This document shows, piece by piece, positions 49,151 through 62,688 of a DNA stretch of 64,000 nt. A program made the position numbers and the translations under genes. The stretch spans positions 76,654 to 140,653 of the forward strand of contig JAAOMT010000534.1 in NCBI GenBank assembly GCA_016748015.1, read 5' to 3'. The notes under the pieces are model-generated. The model worked only from the letters and a program-made list of their open reading frames with translations, ran no database searches and was not told the origin of the DNA. The stretch's first letter is position 1. Every line of letters begins with the position of its first letter. The DNA comes from Geosiphon pyriformis uo1 (Eukaryota > Fungi > Glomeromycota).

Positions 49151-50622
49151 AGACTCTAAAACCCCAATTACATTGAAATATAAATGAAATTTTGGTTTTA
49201 AATAATTAGAATTACGACAAGAATTAATTCAAAAATTATTTCTAAATCGTAAAAAAAAAATTAGGACTATTTCATATTTTATTGGAAAAAGAATAAAAAT
49301 TTTGGGAAGACTGATATTTTGAAACATCTTAAATCTATAATCAATTATTTTTAAATAATTTTTTTTATAAATATATATGAATAGGTCTGTTTCAAAACTT
49401 TTTAAAAATTTTAAAAAATATTGATTTCAAAACGGTTCATATTCTTAATCAAACATTTGAAAATGTTTTTTATCTATAGTTTGGGTGAACTTGTATTAGT
49501 TCCCTGAAACATTTTTATTCATTTTTCTAAGTGTGTAAAAATTTTCAAAAAAAAAGTTCTTATTTCTAAGGGATATTTAATTTGCTCAATATATATATAT
49601 ATATGTATCTTGGGAATTCTAATTACACCCTTAATTCAAAAGATTTATAATTGCTATGTTAAAGTTTACAATGCAGGGTCATAATTTTTCAATTAAATTT
49701 GCGAATTCGATATCTAATTTTGTCAGGAAAATTTTTAAGTTCATCTTTTAAAAATTAAAATTAATGAAAAACATTAAAAAGATTTCTATATATATTTAAG
49801 TATTAGGGAAAAACTTTTAAAGTTGGCTGAAATTAAATTATCAAAAATGTAAAGGTAAATTTCTCACACATCAATGTTTCATTTTTATCTTTCAAGCGTT
49901 TTCAGTTAGGGTGTTTGCTATATCATCGGACGAAACATATTATCTTAAAAGAGTTGTTTATCCATGTTTTGGATTTACAAAATAAACTTGAAATTATCCT
50001 TATTACTAGAAAGTAATTCATATTTGTTAATCCTTACTTATATTACTACATTTTGGAAGGTTCAACAAAGGATTTGAGAAGATAGCTCACTAAATTGTTT
50101 ACCCCACAAACCTTATGAACTAATCATTAAGTAATAAAAAAATGATGAAACATAATTTGACTTTGTTCAGGGTCGGGTATCTCGATCTTCCCTAAATTAT
50201 CTTTTATGCTTAAACAGTCATTATTACTTCTCTTATAGCCTATAAAATTAATTAGCGCAATTATTTTATTAATTTTTCTAATTATGAATTTTAACAATTT
50301 TTAAAAAATAATTCCTGTCCAACTAACAAGATTTCTCTCAAAATTTAGGTTTTAAAGCGACAAATTAAAATTCTTGATGCTGCTTTGTTAAACCCTTTTA
50401 AACTTTAAAGGATAATGAATTCTGTGATTTTTCACATGCTATATAATTTTGTCAGGCTCCAAAATTCTTCCTTATATAAATCAATTAGTAAAATCCCTTA
50501 AAGTTTAAGTAAAAGGATTATACAGAGAAACTCGCGTAAATCAAAACTCCTTAACAGTAGAAAAATTATAAATTATAAATTATAAATTAAAATTCTAAAA
50601 ACCAAATTAAGCTTACCAAATG

Positions 50623-51906
50623 TTAACTAGAAATAACATCAGGTCCCATCATAATACCAAAGTATGGTCCATTATGAAGATTAAACCTTGGACTCTTAAA
50701 CTGATTGACACAAAACTAAAATTTAAGAGTGAAAACAAATTATTTCAACAGATTGAAAATCTTTTCAATCAGAAATCATAACTTTAGTTTATATACCTCA
50801 CTCTCGGCCCAAAAATATTCTCCAAATTGAAATTGGCTGGGACCATAACAGAAAAATATTTCAATTTCTTCATCACATGTACAATCTGAAGATATCCAAA
50901 CTTCTGATAATGGATGAGCTAAATCTTTCAAATCTAAAGATTTCTCAGGCAGCCTAGGCACATAATCATCGTATAGCGTTATACGATAAATATGAAATAA
51001 TTCAGCGGAATGAAGGCGATTGAGGAATGCAGCAAAAACTCTGTTGCCTATTCTTGGTAGTCCAAATGTAACCGCCCGCAAAGGATACTTATAATTTGGT
51101 GCAATGGTTTGCAAATAGTCAAGGAGAGCAAATATAGCATAGACTAAAGCAATTTCCAAAAATTAAAATAAAATATCGGCTATTTAGTTGAGATTAAATT
51201 CAGAACGGTAAAAAGTTCTTTGCTATAAAATTTTTACCTCCCCCTACGCTATGTCCAATGGCAGTAATTTTCTTTATAGTATGTTTTTTTAAACCATCTC
51301 TAATCATACTCAAAATCATGAACCCAAATCCTTGGTACTTTTTATACCAATCTGAATCAACTAGTGCTCCTTTAGGACTTAGAGGACCAAGTTTAAGCGT
51401 GAAATCGATTAGTTTTGGCTGCCTTGACAACCATTCTTCTTGAGTGAGAGTCTCTCCACTTATATAAAAGAATAACTCCTCTTTAACCACCTCAATTTTA
51501 GCTGCATACAAAATAAAATTCTTAAGTTTTTGAATCCGACATTAACTTTGATTTATATTTAAAATTTACCGTCAATGCCTGGAGAAATGTAATTTTTTAA
51601 ATTTTTAATTTGATAACTTTTCTTTGCATATTCTGCATCAAGTCGAAAATCAAAAACATTGGAATCAACTAGTTGCTTTAATCCATGAGTAAACTCTGAT
51701 CTTTTTTGGAATTCTATTTGAAATTCTCTTATCAGTGAGGCATATTTCATAGAATTAAAAAAATATATATATTCAGAAATAATAAAATTACCATTAAATT
51801 GAAAGGATGAACCATTTTTCAATAGCTGGATAGATTCAACGCAAAAATATTTTAACGCGACAAAAAAATACACTAATTTTAGGAATATCAAAGTAAAATA
51901 TTTCAT
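50623..51906 (-). CDS. Secreted class 3 lipase-like protein, GHSVGG nucleophile intact
   Basis: Exons 51906-51570, 51501-51238, 51143-50797, 50715-50623; signal peptide MKYFTLIFLKLVYFFVAL; IGHSVGGVYA, VTFGLPRIGN, RITLYDDYVPRLP, HNGPYFG. Confidence 0.88.
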
Positions 51907-52669
51907 TTCAAACGATATCATGAACAGAAAGTAAGATTTACAGCTGATATTTCTCAAGTGAATTTATTATTAAAGAATTTATAATACAACGGGCAAAATA
52001 TATTCCGATTTATATTAATTTCCAAGAATTTATGAAACTCTCTTTATGAAATATTTTTGAGATTTTCAAAAGATTAGGCTAAAAAATTTTTGGGATTTTA
52101 TGCGATGGTATTCGAACACGAACTTCTTAAAAAAAATTATAGTAAATTCTGTTCTAAATTTATATCGAGTAAAAAATTTTTTTTAACTTTTAATTTTGAT
52201 TGTAACTTATAACAAATTTTATATAAGTTTCACTTTTTTCCAACATGAAAAAGGAGCTCAAAACAAAGCTATCAAAGCATTTTTGAGTCCTTAATGAATA
52301 TTTTGTGACGTAGCACTTTTAAATACTGATGAAATTCCGATGTTTAAGTAAAATTATTGCACACAAAAACCCTTCAATATGATAATGAAAACTTGCTCAT
52401 TAGACTCATATCGAAGCCGAGATATGGACTTAAATAAAGCTGTTCAAATGCTAGGTTACCATAATCTTGTTTAATAAATGTACCAGTTTGAATAGGGAAC
52501 TAACAACAATAGCAACAATAAAAACTCTTGCTTCTTTAATGCTATCAGGATATTTTACTAAAATAGTTGGTTTTGTTTCCAAAAAAGAATAAAGAACCAG
52601 AAAGTTTATAACCTTCTAGCTCCCAGGTCAAGTAAAATTGTAATAAATACGATCAGATGTACAAACTTA

Positions 52670-54016
52670 ACTGGGTGTCCCGAGAAATAAAATTTTGTTA
52701 TTCATGTTTGATCATCTAGATTTCACTGTTATATCATCATATCACTGACCTATCAAAGTTTTTTATTTTAAAAACATTAATTTTTTTAAATTTTAATTTT
52801 ATGTATGTTTTAATGAATTTAATGCAATTTTTGTCAAAACATAAATAATATTTATTTAAAAAAATAGGTAGTTTACAATTTTAATATCAATAATTTATCT
52901 ATTATAATTTTAATAATAAAACTTTGTGCTATGAAAAAACCAAGTAGGCTATAAGCGTTACTTCTCTCTGTTCATAGTAAAATTTTTTCTTTAGTAGCAT
53001 TAACAATTAGTATAAAAGAGAAATTTTTTAGTTCACTAATTAGTTATGTAATTTGCAAGAAAAAAAATAAAGGAAAAAAAAAAACAAAAAAAATAAATCA
53101 GCAAAGAATTTAAAACTACTATTATTATATTCAAAAAACATATTAGATTAATTAAAAGTAGCTTTTTTAAAAAAAATTGGTTTAACTAGTTTTTTTGTAT
53201 AATTTCAATTTATTTAGATTTTGTTTTTGAGAGATTTACCCACTAAGACAAAATTATTAATCTTAAATTCAACTTTTAATATTAAGACAATTAATATTTT
53301 AAAATAGAATTCAATTTTAAAGTAACTTTTAAAAAAAAACTTGAAGAATATAAAAACAATTAAAAACAACTAAGAATTATTTATTTTTAGAAAAAAAATT
53401 ATTTTACTTAATCTAAATTTAAAATATTTTTATTCAACTGTTATCTCTTTTATGTGTAATTTTAGTTATAATAAATTAAGAAAAGTAAAAAAAAAAAAAA
53501 TCTTTTTTTTTTACAATAATTCAAATTTTTAAACCATTTTTTACTTGATTGAAATCTGCTCAGTCTGGAATTTTAATGAAAAGTAAAAATAATTATTTTT
53601 TATAATAGTTCAAGTTTTAATATGATTGAATGTCAAAAATTTATAAAAAAAAGTTTATCAATACATGTAATATGTGTACAAATTGCTATTAATTTTATGA
53701 TTAACTATTATAAAATTAATAATTGCATCAAAATTTATGTTTTATTTACTTAATATTTTTTAATTTAATTTATTAATAATTAATCTTATAAATATAAATA
53801 CGAAATCAGACAATAAATACAAATCAATTGTGCATATAAAAGATTATTTTCAAATATTTTTCATTCTCAATTTAATATGCTTATAATTTCTCAATTTAAC
53901 ATAGAAAATTTTTTTATAACAGCTATTATGATTAGACTATAGAATTATCAGCCAATCATTAATTGGAGGTATAAGATAAAGAGGTAGCAAGATCACTGAT
54001 TAATTTGGACACCTAT
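52670..54016. mobile_element. Isolated AT-rich island, possible decayed DNA transposon/MITE
   Basis: Composition like the hypermutated block; short inverted ends GGTGTCC (52674-52680) and GGACACC (54007-54013). Confidence 0.3.
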
Positions 54017-54300
54017 TCAGAACTAAAATCTGTGAGCAATATGATAAATCAAAAAAACTGTATCAGATCAATAATTCACTCTTTTCGTTAATTATATTTT
54101 CAACGCTTTTACCAAAACTTCAAGTTAGTTTAAGGGGTTTTAAAGAAAAATTTGTTTACAATTGAGAGATTTCATCGCCAGATTTTTTTTTAGAAATCTA
54201 AAAACCCCTATTCAATCCAATCATCGTGATTGTGGTTAAATACCGATTCGATTGAGGTGCTAGTAATATAATACGGTCGACTGATTCAACATCTACTCTA

Positions 54301-55087
54301 CTATTCGAAAACTTGATCCCAATTAATTTTTTTTATATTGCCAAATTCGACTTGGATGCTATACGAAATCATCTGATTATTTTTTCCTTTCACAGGTATT
54401 ATTTGACAATCCTTGATAGGATGCAAGGCCGATATATACTCCTGAATCTTTGTTCGAGCTTTTTCAACTTTCAATATTTCGAATCCCACGGTTCGAAATT
54501 CATGAGCGATACGCATCATCGGTTCCGAGCTTTTTCCACTAAGAGACGGTACCAAAAGGCCAGGATAAAAATGTATTGCTTGTACAGGAACAAATTGTCG
54601 TTGCGATTGTTCCAAAAGTTTCACGAGCGTTCTTTTAAAATCTTCAACGACCATAGAGACGAATTTTTCATCTAACGGTGACATGATCACTGGTGGGCAA
54701 TCGATTTGAAAATATTCAAGTTCCTCTTGAAGTGGTGAATGAAATGATTCGGCGATTTGTTCCCAAGGTATTTTACCTTTTCGATAGAATTCCATAATGT
54801 AATGGAAAATATGGCCATCACGATCAAAAAAGTATTCTTCATCTCTGTCGGGTTTTAACATATCTTTGTTTCTCTCTGCAAACATTGTTCCTAGCAGCGT
54901 TCGAGGATATTCAGTCAAAGTAGATCGAAAGGTTTCATACTAAAAATATTTTTCAGCCATTTCGTGAGGATTTAATCGATATTTCTGTACTAAAAGTTCT
55001 ATAAACAATCTAAAAGTTGAAGCTCGGAATTTTCGTTGTTTCTACCTTTGTCCCACCAATATTTAATACTATTCGATCTCGACTCAT
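54301..55087 (-). CDS. BTB/POZ (KCTD / potassium-channel T1-type) domain protein
   Basis: Exon 1 55087-55046 MSRDRIVLNIGGTK; exon 2 from 54939 YETFRSTLTEYPRTLLGTMF..EYFFDRDGHIFHYIMEFYRKGK..EELEYFQI. Confidence 0.92.
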
Positions 55088-56310
55088 TTTATAGCCGTTC
55101 AAGCAAAATACCGAAAGTTTTTCATAAAATTTTAACAATGAAGGGGAGATAATTGGAGAGAAGGAAATTCAGTTGTGGACATGATCTGTCCTAATTATTT
55201 TTTTTATCAAATGATCGCAAATTCAATCAAGATATTGCGCGGTACGCCCAAGAACTTTCACACTGCTATTTAAAAGCACTAATTTAATGAACAACATTAT
55301 TACCTGGGATAAATCCATCCCATGTAATATTTTGTGTCATGTGCAAATCATCTGATTTAAAAAGAATATATAAATCCAGATCATCGGAGCTTAATTCACA
55401 AACAAGCCACCATAAATAGGAATTTCTTTGTGCAAGACTATCTCGAGAGTAACCTAATAAGACGGATTTGGATCATATGCTCTTGGAGAAATAAATAATA
55501 TTATTTCCGGAGAGATGGACTTTTAAGTATTTTAAGTCCAAATAATGAATATAGAAAATTATTTCTTTTCAAAAGGTTCAAGTTATTTGGAAAGCTTAGG
55601 TAGTACCAAAAAAATTTCGAATCGCGTAATAACCTTTATTCAAGCTAAAGTTTAAAATACTGTAGATTTTAATCGGTTTATAATATTTATTTTGAGTTTA
55701 CATCTAATTCAGAATCAGGTGACCGCATTCCTCTGACAGATTCCATCTTTTTGGTTGGCAAACGACGTTCAAAATCTGAGAGGACTCTTGCGGATTTACT
55801 AAATCACTATAATGACCATTAGTAACCACATTATGATAAAAAAATCTAAAAAGGTTGTGTATAGCAGAAATAACATATTTTTTGAAGAGTTCTCAATATT
55901 CTTAAATTAGCCGAGAAATTAATTGCGATTGGCTGGAAATTGAGATTATTAAAGTTCATTCTCTAGGCGTTATAAATAATTTCAAGAATATAATTATCAT
56001 CTTATTGAGAATTTTTCCATTTGTGACAAGTTTAAAGATTTAGATATGTTTAAATTAAAAAAAAGTTCAAGATCTTAATTGTATCAAGATTTAGTTTAAA
56101 TGGAATTTTACCTGGACTTATTTTTACATTTAACTTAAGCACCAAAATATAGGGAAAAAAATTGGTCAAAATCAATTATAATTTAAAATAATTTTTTTTT
56201 TGAAAATAAATAAATAAATATTATTTTTTCAAATCATTCATTTTTTTTATTTCTAGTCTAAAAAAGGATATTTTTAATTTTTCTAATTTTGAGTAATCTT
56301 TTTTGATGAT

Positions 56311-56440
56311 TTTTATTTATATTAAATCTTTTCAAGTATTTTCATGTGTATATTAATTGATGTTTTTTTATTTATATTAAATGTTTTCAAGTATTTTCAT
56401 GTGTATATTAATTGATATCCTTTTATTTATATTAAATGTT
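56311..56440. repeat. 55-bp tandem repeat, ~2.4 copies
   Basis: TTTTATTTATATTAAAT.. recurs at 56311, 56366 and 56421. Confidence 0.85.
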
Positions 56441-58836
56441 TTTTTTTTTTAAAAAAAAAAAAAACAAAAACAAAAACTTATTAAAAAATAACTTTATTTT
56501 ATTTTTATTTTTTTTAAATCAAACCTTATTAGTATTTCTATATAACATAGAAAATTTTGGTATGACCTTTATTTTACATTGTGGGAGGTCATCTGACGAT
56601 TGATTAAGGATTCCTTATTTCATTTTACTTGACATACACACACACACACTAACAGCTCAATGATTATGACAAATAACCATAGTGTCTCCTTTAGATCTGT
56701 GAACTTAAATCACAGGATGAGGGGTACCAACCATCTTCATTCTTTGAAAATGAGGATTTCTTCCTAGGAGGATATGAAAATAATTCATTTATAATTCATC
56801 AAACGGGGAATTATCAATCCATTTCTAATTAAAAATTAATATTCCTTAAACCCTTTTTTTCACCCTTTTTTTTTGCCAAAATTAATTGTATTAACGATCA
56901 TCGTTATCTGGCGAAAAAGTTGTGCGTCATTCATTAATTAATAATTGAGACTTACCATTTCATTCATGCTAATACTAATCACGAATCATTTCCCAATGTT
57001 TCATCAATGGAAAAATTTAAAATGGAAAATTTTTATGTTGGTTACGATATCCCGGGTTTTCAATCATGTTTAACGGTTACCTAAGTTAAAAGCACAAAAA
57101 TAATTTATTGGGTTGTTGCCAGGTAGTATCTTGATTATGGCATTAAATCATTAGTTTCAGAGTTCGGAGACATGAAAATAATCAATGTTAGACAACAGCT
57201 TTATATTAATAATGTAATAATAATAATAATAGTAATAATAATAATAATAATCATCATAATAATAATAGCAATAATAATAATCATAAAATCATAATAATGG
57301 TCAAATTTAAGGGGGTATTATGTTGATCGGTATTAATTACATGCGCATCATGCTTCTTTCATGGGTTCCTTTAGCTCCCTTAAAAAAGATGATCAACTTT
57401 TCTTTGCCTATTTTGTGTGTGCCTTTTGAATTTAACATGGCTATGAATCGAAAAAGATTGTTTTAATGACGCGAGACTATGGAAATCAAGTATAATGAAT
57501 GCTGCTGTCAATGATTCTGAGTAAGGTATAAAGTTAATCGAATAATATTATAATAATAACAATAATAATAATAATAAAGTAAGAAAATCGGGATTTTTCA
57601 TTTGAAACCTACCCATTCATTTACTTACTCCTATTTTTTTCTACGAACGAAAGAAAGAAAGAACGAACGAACGAACGAACAAACAAATAAAATGAAAGTA
57701 TACGCAATATTAAGAAAGAACTAGAATATTGTTATTGGTTCTTCTTTTTCAGGAAATTGAAATATCCTTTTATCATTCTAAAAATGGTGTATAGAAAAAG
57801 TATTCAGGTTTTTTCCAACTTTTTAAGAATAATGATTAAAAATATAATACAAGTTTCAAAGGAGAAAAATATCAAGATGTAAATGAATAAAGGGAAAAAA
57901 AGGGATACTATCAAATCTCTCATTCCGAATGAAAAAACCGGTTAAAATTTTCAATGGGAAAAAAAAAATAAAATACCCGTTTTAAAATTTTTGTACCGTA
58001 CCCCGCCGATATGTCGATTCTCTTTTTACTCCGATTTTTATGGAAAGTTCTGAAAGTTGAATTTTATGAAAAAAATTCAACAAAAAGTAGTTATTATGAT
58101 GTTTATCATTTCTTTTCGGAAAAAAATTTTAGTTTTTTATTAATTTTGATCATAAAAAAGAAAAAAATAACACCATTCAATTTAAATTTCAATGAAAAAT
58201 TAATGTTCTATTAAAAATATTAAGGAATTTCATTTTTTATTTTTGAAACTTGTGAAAAGATGATTGATTGATTGATTGATTTTAATGTTAGATATGAAAT
58301 TTAAATTTTAAAATGAAAAAATAAATTTGGAAATAAATTTTCTAATATTCATAACTTTATGAAAACTGATAAATGACAAAAATACTAAACATATATTTAC
58401 AGATATTATGAAAACTTTGAGAACAAAAGTTTTTTGTTTTTTAAAATATCATGCTAGGGTACACACTATAAGAAAATGATGATGATGATGATGATGATGA
58501 TGATAATGAAAACGATCTTGGCCTTTTGTTTGCATTTTGTTGGCAAAATCATTCCATAGACTGTCGTTCATGAATAAGGCAGGCTTCAAATAATTTCTCG
58601 AGAGAGTGTGTGTGTATAAGGAATTGAATATGGACAAAAACTAAATGTACACTTCAGGTTTTAAAATCTGATTAGCAAAGGTTATTTAAATAAATAAATT
58701 CTATATGTATATATGAAAATTAATGAGAATGCAGAAGATAATCTAGAGGTGTAAATTATGAAAAAGTCTATCAGGATGGATGGATGGATGGATTGATTGA
58801 ATGAATGATTGATTGATTGAGCCTTTTTTTTAATGT

Positions 58837-59364
58837 TTAGGAATATGAGATTCGAGAATTTCCAACAAACATCTCATCATATCTTTCCATCTCCAACTCA
58901 GTACCAATTAGATTTTTTCGATGTCCGTAATTGGCATCATCAATCCAAACACATTCATCCAAATTTTCGAAACAAGGAAAGCTAACATAGGACTCTTCGG
59001 AGCTAGAATCACTATCCAAATCGAAACTTAACATTGATGAAGCGGAAGAACTAACGATTGAATTTGAATGACGATTTGATGTTGAGGCTGGAGTGGAACA
59101 TTGTAATATTAGATTATCTGATGAGGATTGTAACGAGGCTGTTGATGATAACGAGGCATCACTTGTTCGTCTTGGTTCCGAGACAGACCAACCGTTACTT
59201 AGATCATGGCGTGAACGTCGTGGAATTATTGTCGGGGAGTAAGAAAAGTCTGGAGTACGACGTGATTGTATTGTCAAGTTCACCGATTGTTGTTGCGATG
59301 GTGACGAAGTATTTGATTGAAGATTTGAGAAAGGTTTGGAAAAGATTGCAAAAATGGTGTCCAT
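58837..59364 (-). CDS. Ser-rich, probably disordered hypothetical protein (~175 aa)
   Basis: Single ORF from ATG 59364 (MDTIFAIFSKP); coding-like composition; RRTSDAS and SSEESYVSFPCFE motifs. Confidence 0.7.
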   Translation of the reverse strand: MDTIFAIFSKPFSNLQSNTSSPSQQQSVNLTIQSRRTPDFSYSPTIIPRRSRHDLSNGWSVSEPRRTSDASLSSTASLQSSSDNLILQCSTPASTSNRHSNSIVSSSASSMLSFDLDSDSSSEESYVSFPCFENLDECVWIDDANYGHRKNLIGTELEMERYDEMFVGNSRISYS

Positions 59365-60065
59365 ATTAAGAGAGTAAGATTTCTTTGAAAAAGAGGACAA
59401 ATTATATTGATTCTTTGAAAGTTTTTATTTAGGGTAAAATGCTAGGATGGATGGATGGATAGATGGGAATTATTTTGAATTTTTGATAGCAATACTAAAA
59501 CACTAGCATTGAGACAATTAATTTGAATTATTTTTCGAAAGATATTGACATTTATCTTTTTCTCATAGAGAACAAAAAAAAAGCGAAAATCGATCAAAGT
59601 AAAAATGATGGAACAAATTATTCAAAATTCTTTTTTTCTATCAGCAACAAACCATTGAAGTTTTATACAAGTTCGGGTCACACAAACTTCTTTTTTAATT
59701 ATTAATTATTATTAAAAAAAAAAAAAAGAAAATTGGTTTCTATGATGATCATATTTAATTTTGTTATTGGTACTCCGGTGTAGCAGTTACATCGGTGATT
59801 TGCTTCAATAACGGCAACCACCACAGCAAATAGTTTGTGCCAGTTATTTTGTAGGAATTTTTTTTTCACCCATTTTTTAGCCCAGTAAAAACTTATCACA
59901 TTAGGTGTATAGTACTGTATTTTTTGAAAATCATCAAAAGAAATATATATATTTATGCTAATCATAACCACCCACCACCACCACCATTACCATCACAATC
60001 CCTTTAAACATATACACATATACGTAGACGTAAACGATACATATATCTATACATACACATACACA

Positions 60066-60096
<31 letters not shown>

Positions 60097-60630
60097 CACT
60101 AGAGTTTTTTGAACACTCCTTGGGTAATAGGATGAAAAAGAAAAAAAGGCTTTTACAATTCAAAAACTGAAATCAATATTACATATTAATTGATTTTTAA
60201 TGATGAAATATATAAATAGTTTGAGTGCATGATAAAAATAAAATGATTCAAGTCTAAATAATGATGATGATGATGTAAAAAAAATGACAGAGAAGAGCCT
60301 AGTATAAGGAGATCCCATACAACAACAATTACAATTTTTTTTTCTTGTGTGTATTACATTTCCCTTTCTACTCTTTAGTTTTTATTTACACAAAGATTAG
60401 AATATGGTTCAATCAGCAATCAGCAGTTTGCTATTGTCACTGAGCTAACCGAACTCTGGTATAAACAAATAAGCAGATTATGCAGCTCTTTATATTTCGA
60501 TTGAAGTTTAAGTCTCAATCCCAAGAGGTTGGTCTAAATGATTCCAATTCTATTTTAACGGTTTCCTTAACTTTATTTAAAAAATTAGCCCAAAAAAAGT
60601 CATGAGGATTAGTTTAGTAACCATAATTTC

Positions 60631-60635
<5 letters not shown>

Positions 60636-60665
<30 letters not shown>
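60636..60665. repeat. (CT)n microsatellite
   Basis: Perfect run. Confidence 0.9.
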
Positions 60666-60666
<1 letters not shown>

Positions 60667-62640
60667 ATTTCGCAAAAATAAATTAGTCAATCTAAAAGAT
60701 GATTGAAATGAAATAATATATATATATATGTATAAAAAGAAGATTATTTGAATTTTTGAATGGGAAATTTGTGATTTGATAAACTCATCATTGTTTTAAA
60801 CTTTTGATCAAAAATCTATCCCAGAATAATATTTGATAAATGATCAAAATACAAGCAGTCCCACGAAACATGTTATAAAAATTCTAAAAGCATGAGAAAT
60901 TTTAAAAAAGCACGGTACGGTTTGAACCGAAAAATATCTCTTTTGATTTTATTAAAAAAATCCTCTCTCAGTTATCTTTTCGGAAAATCCGGAATGAAAT
61001 AAAATCATGCATAATAATAATAATAATAATAATAATCCATGGAAAATATTTTGGATTGCTGATCTGGAGTTATCTGAAACTGGTTCCGGAATCATTCATT
61101 CCCGATAAGATCATTTAGATATTCATTCATTCATTCATTCATTCATTCGAATCGTGAGTTCCCCCCATTTTAACATTATGAGGCGGTTGATCAAATTGAA
61201 ACTAATGTAGGCGTACTTGATTCTTTCTTTTCTCTTTTTTTTTTTCTTTTGTACAACTATCACTTCTTGTTGTTGTTGTTGTTGTAGTAGTTGTAGTTAT
61301 TCTTGTCGTTGTTGTTGTTGTTGTTGTAGTACTTTATCCCCTTCCACTCTCATCAACTGTAAATAAATTATCTAAAACCAACATGCAAATATATCTTTTA
61401 AAAAAGCTTTCCATTTCTTATTCAAAAAAAATTGATTTCCTTTCGTGTTCAAAAGACTAGGAGATACAAATCATGCGTCATCATTATTATCACCTTTGTA
61501 ATCCTACAGCACTCAAATCTAATGTATTAATATGTATTAAAATTAATCATGCGGTAATATCTGATATCTCAAAGCTGTAAAATAATTCCACATGAAAAAC
61601 TCATATATTTTTAGATGATGAGTGGTGAATATGGGGGAGTAGTGTGTTACAAATCTGAAAAATCAAAGGCTACCTTCGTTTTTTTTCTCATCTGTTCTAC
61701 TGATTATGCTGCTTGGGCAACTTGACGCGCTGTTAACTTGTTCCCTTATAGGCAAAGAAACAATATAATTCCAAAAAGAGACTAGAGGATTGTTCTTTTA
61801 TTTTCCAATGTTCAAACTTTACCAATAATAGATGAATTTTTATGCAGTTGGCGAAATTAAGGCATAACCGGATAATGGGCAAAATTACCGAACAATGATT
61901 TCAAAGAAAATCTTCAACAACAACAACATCAACATCATCATGATTTGCCATTTACTCGATCACTATTATTTATCAGGGTATCCCTGTGTTGACAAGTTCT
62001 TAATCAGCCACATTCTAAATGAATAGCCACAGCGGGGCGTTATTATAAGAGAAATTGATTTAGGACAACTGAATTTAATTCATCCTTTTTAATTCATCCG
62101 CCGGTATTACAGAAATATAACGAATGAAAATTGAAACATTTTTAACTAATCTCTAGTAATTCATTCCAAAATGAATACTGCCAAACAACCCATCATTTCA
62201 ACAACGCATTCTCCTTTGTACCACAGAAAAAAAAGGAAATCATTTGATCATCATGATGATGATGATGATGATGATACGTTTTCGAAAAGATTAATTTGTC
62301 AAAAAAGTGATTTACCCCGTTGCTAAAAAAAGTGAAAAAGAAAATCAAACAAAGTTTTTGATTAAACTGATTAAAAGAATTGTGGTAAATATTAAATTTT
62401 TTGAACAAATCAAGGAATTTAAGAAGGAAACTCAAAGAGAATGTTGAAAGAATCGGAAAGTTAAAAGAATGTGAAAGAGCCAGCAAAAGGTCTAAAAACA
62501 GTCAATGTAGTAGAGGGAACACAAGAGATGATAAAAGAATCAAAATTTTAAACTTTAAATAACAGCCTCAAAAAATTCAATTATATAGTGAACAATTTAA
62601 TTTGTGGTAGATTATACTTGCGCGCGATCATTTGGAAAGA

Positions 62641-62644
<4 letters not shown>

Positions 62645-62687
<43 letters not shown>
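62645..62687. repeat. (TG)n microsatellite
   Basis: Perfect run. Confidence 0.9.

Positions 62688-62688
<1 letters not shown>

Noticed and set aside
54313-59369. Plus-strand ORFs 54313-54675 and 59058-59369
   Set aside because: Antisense to the BTB and Ser-rich genes
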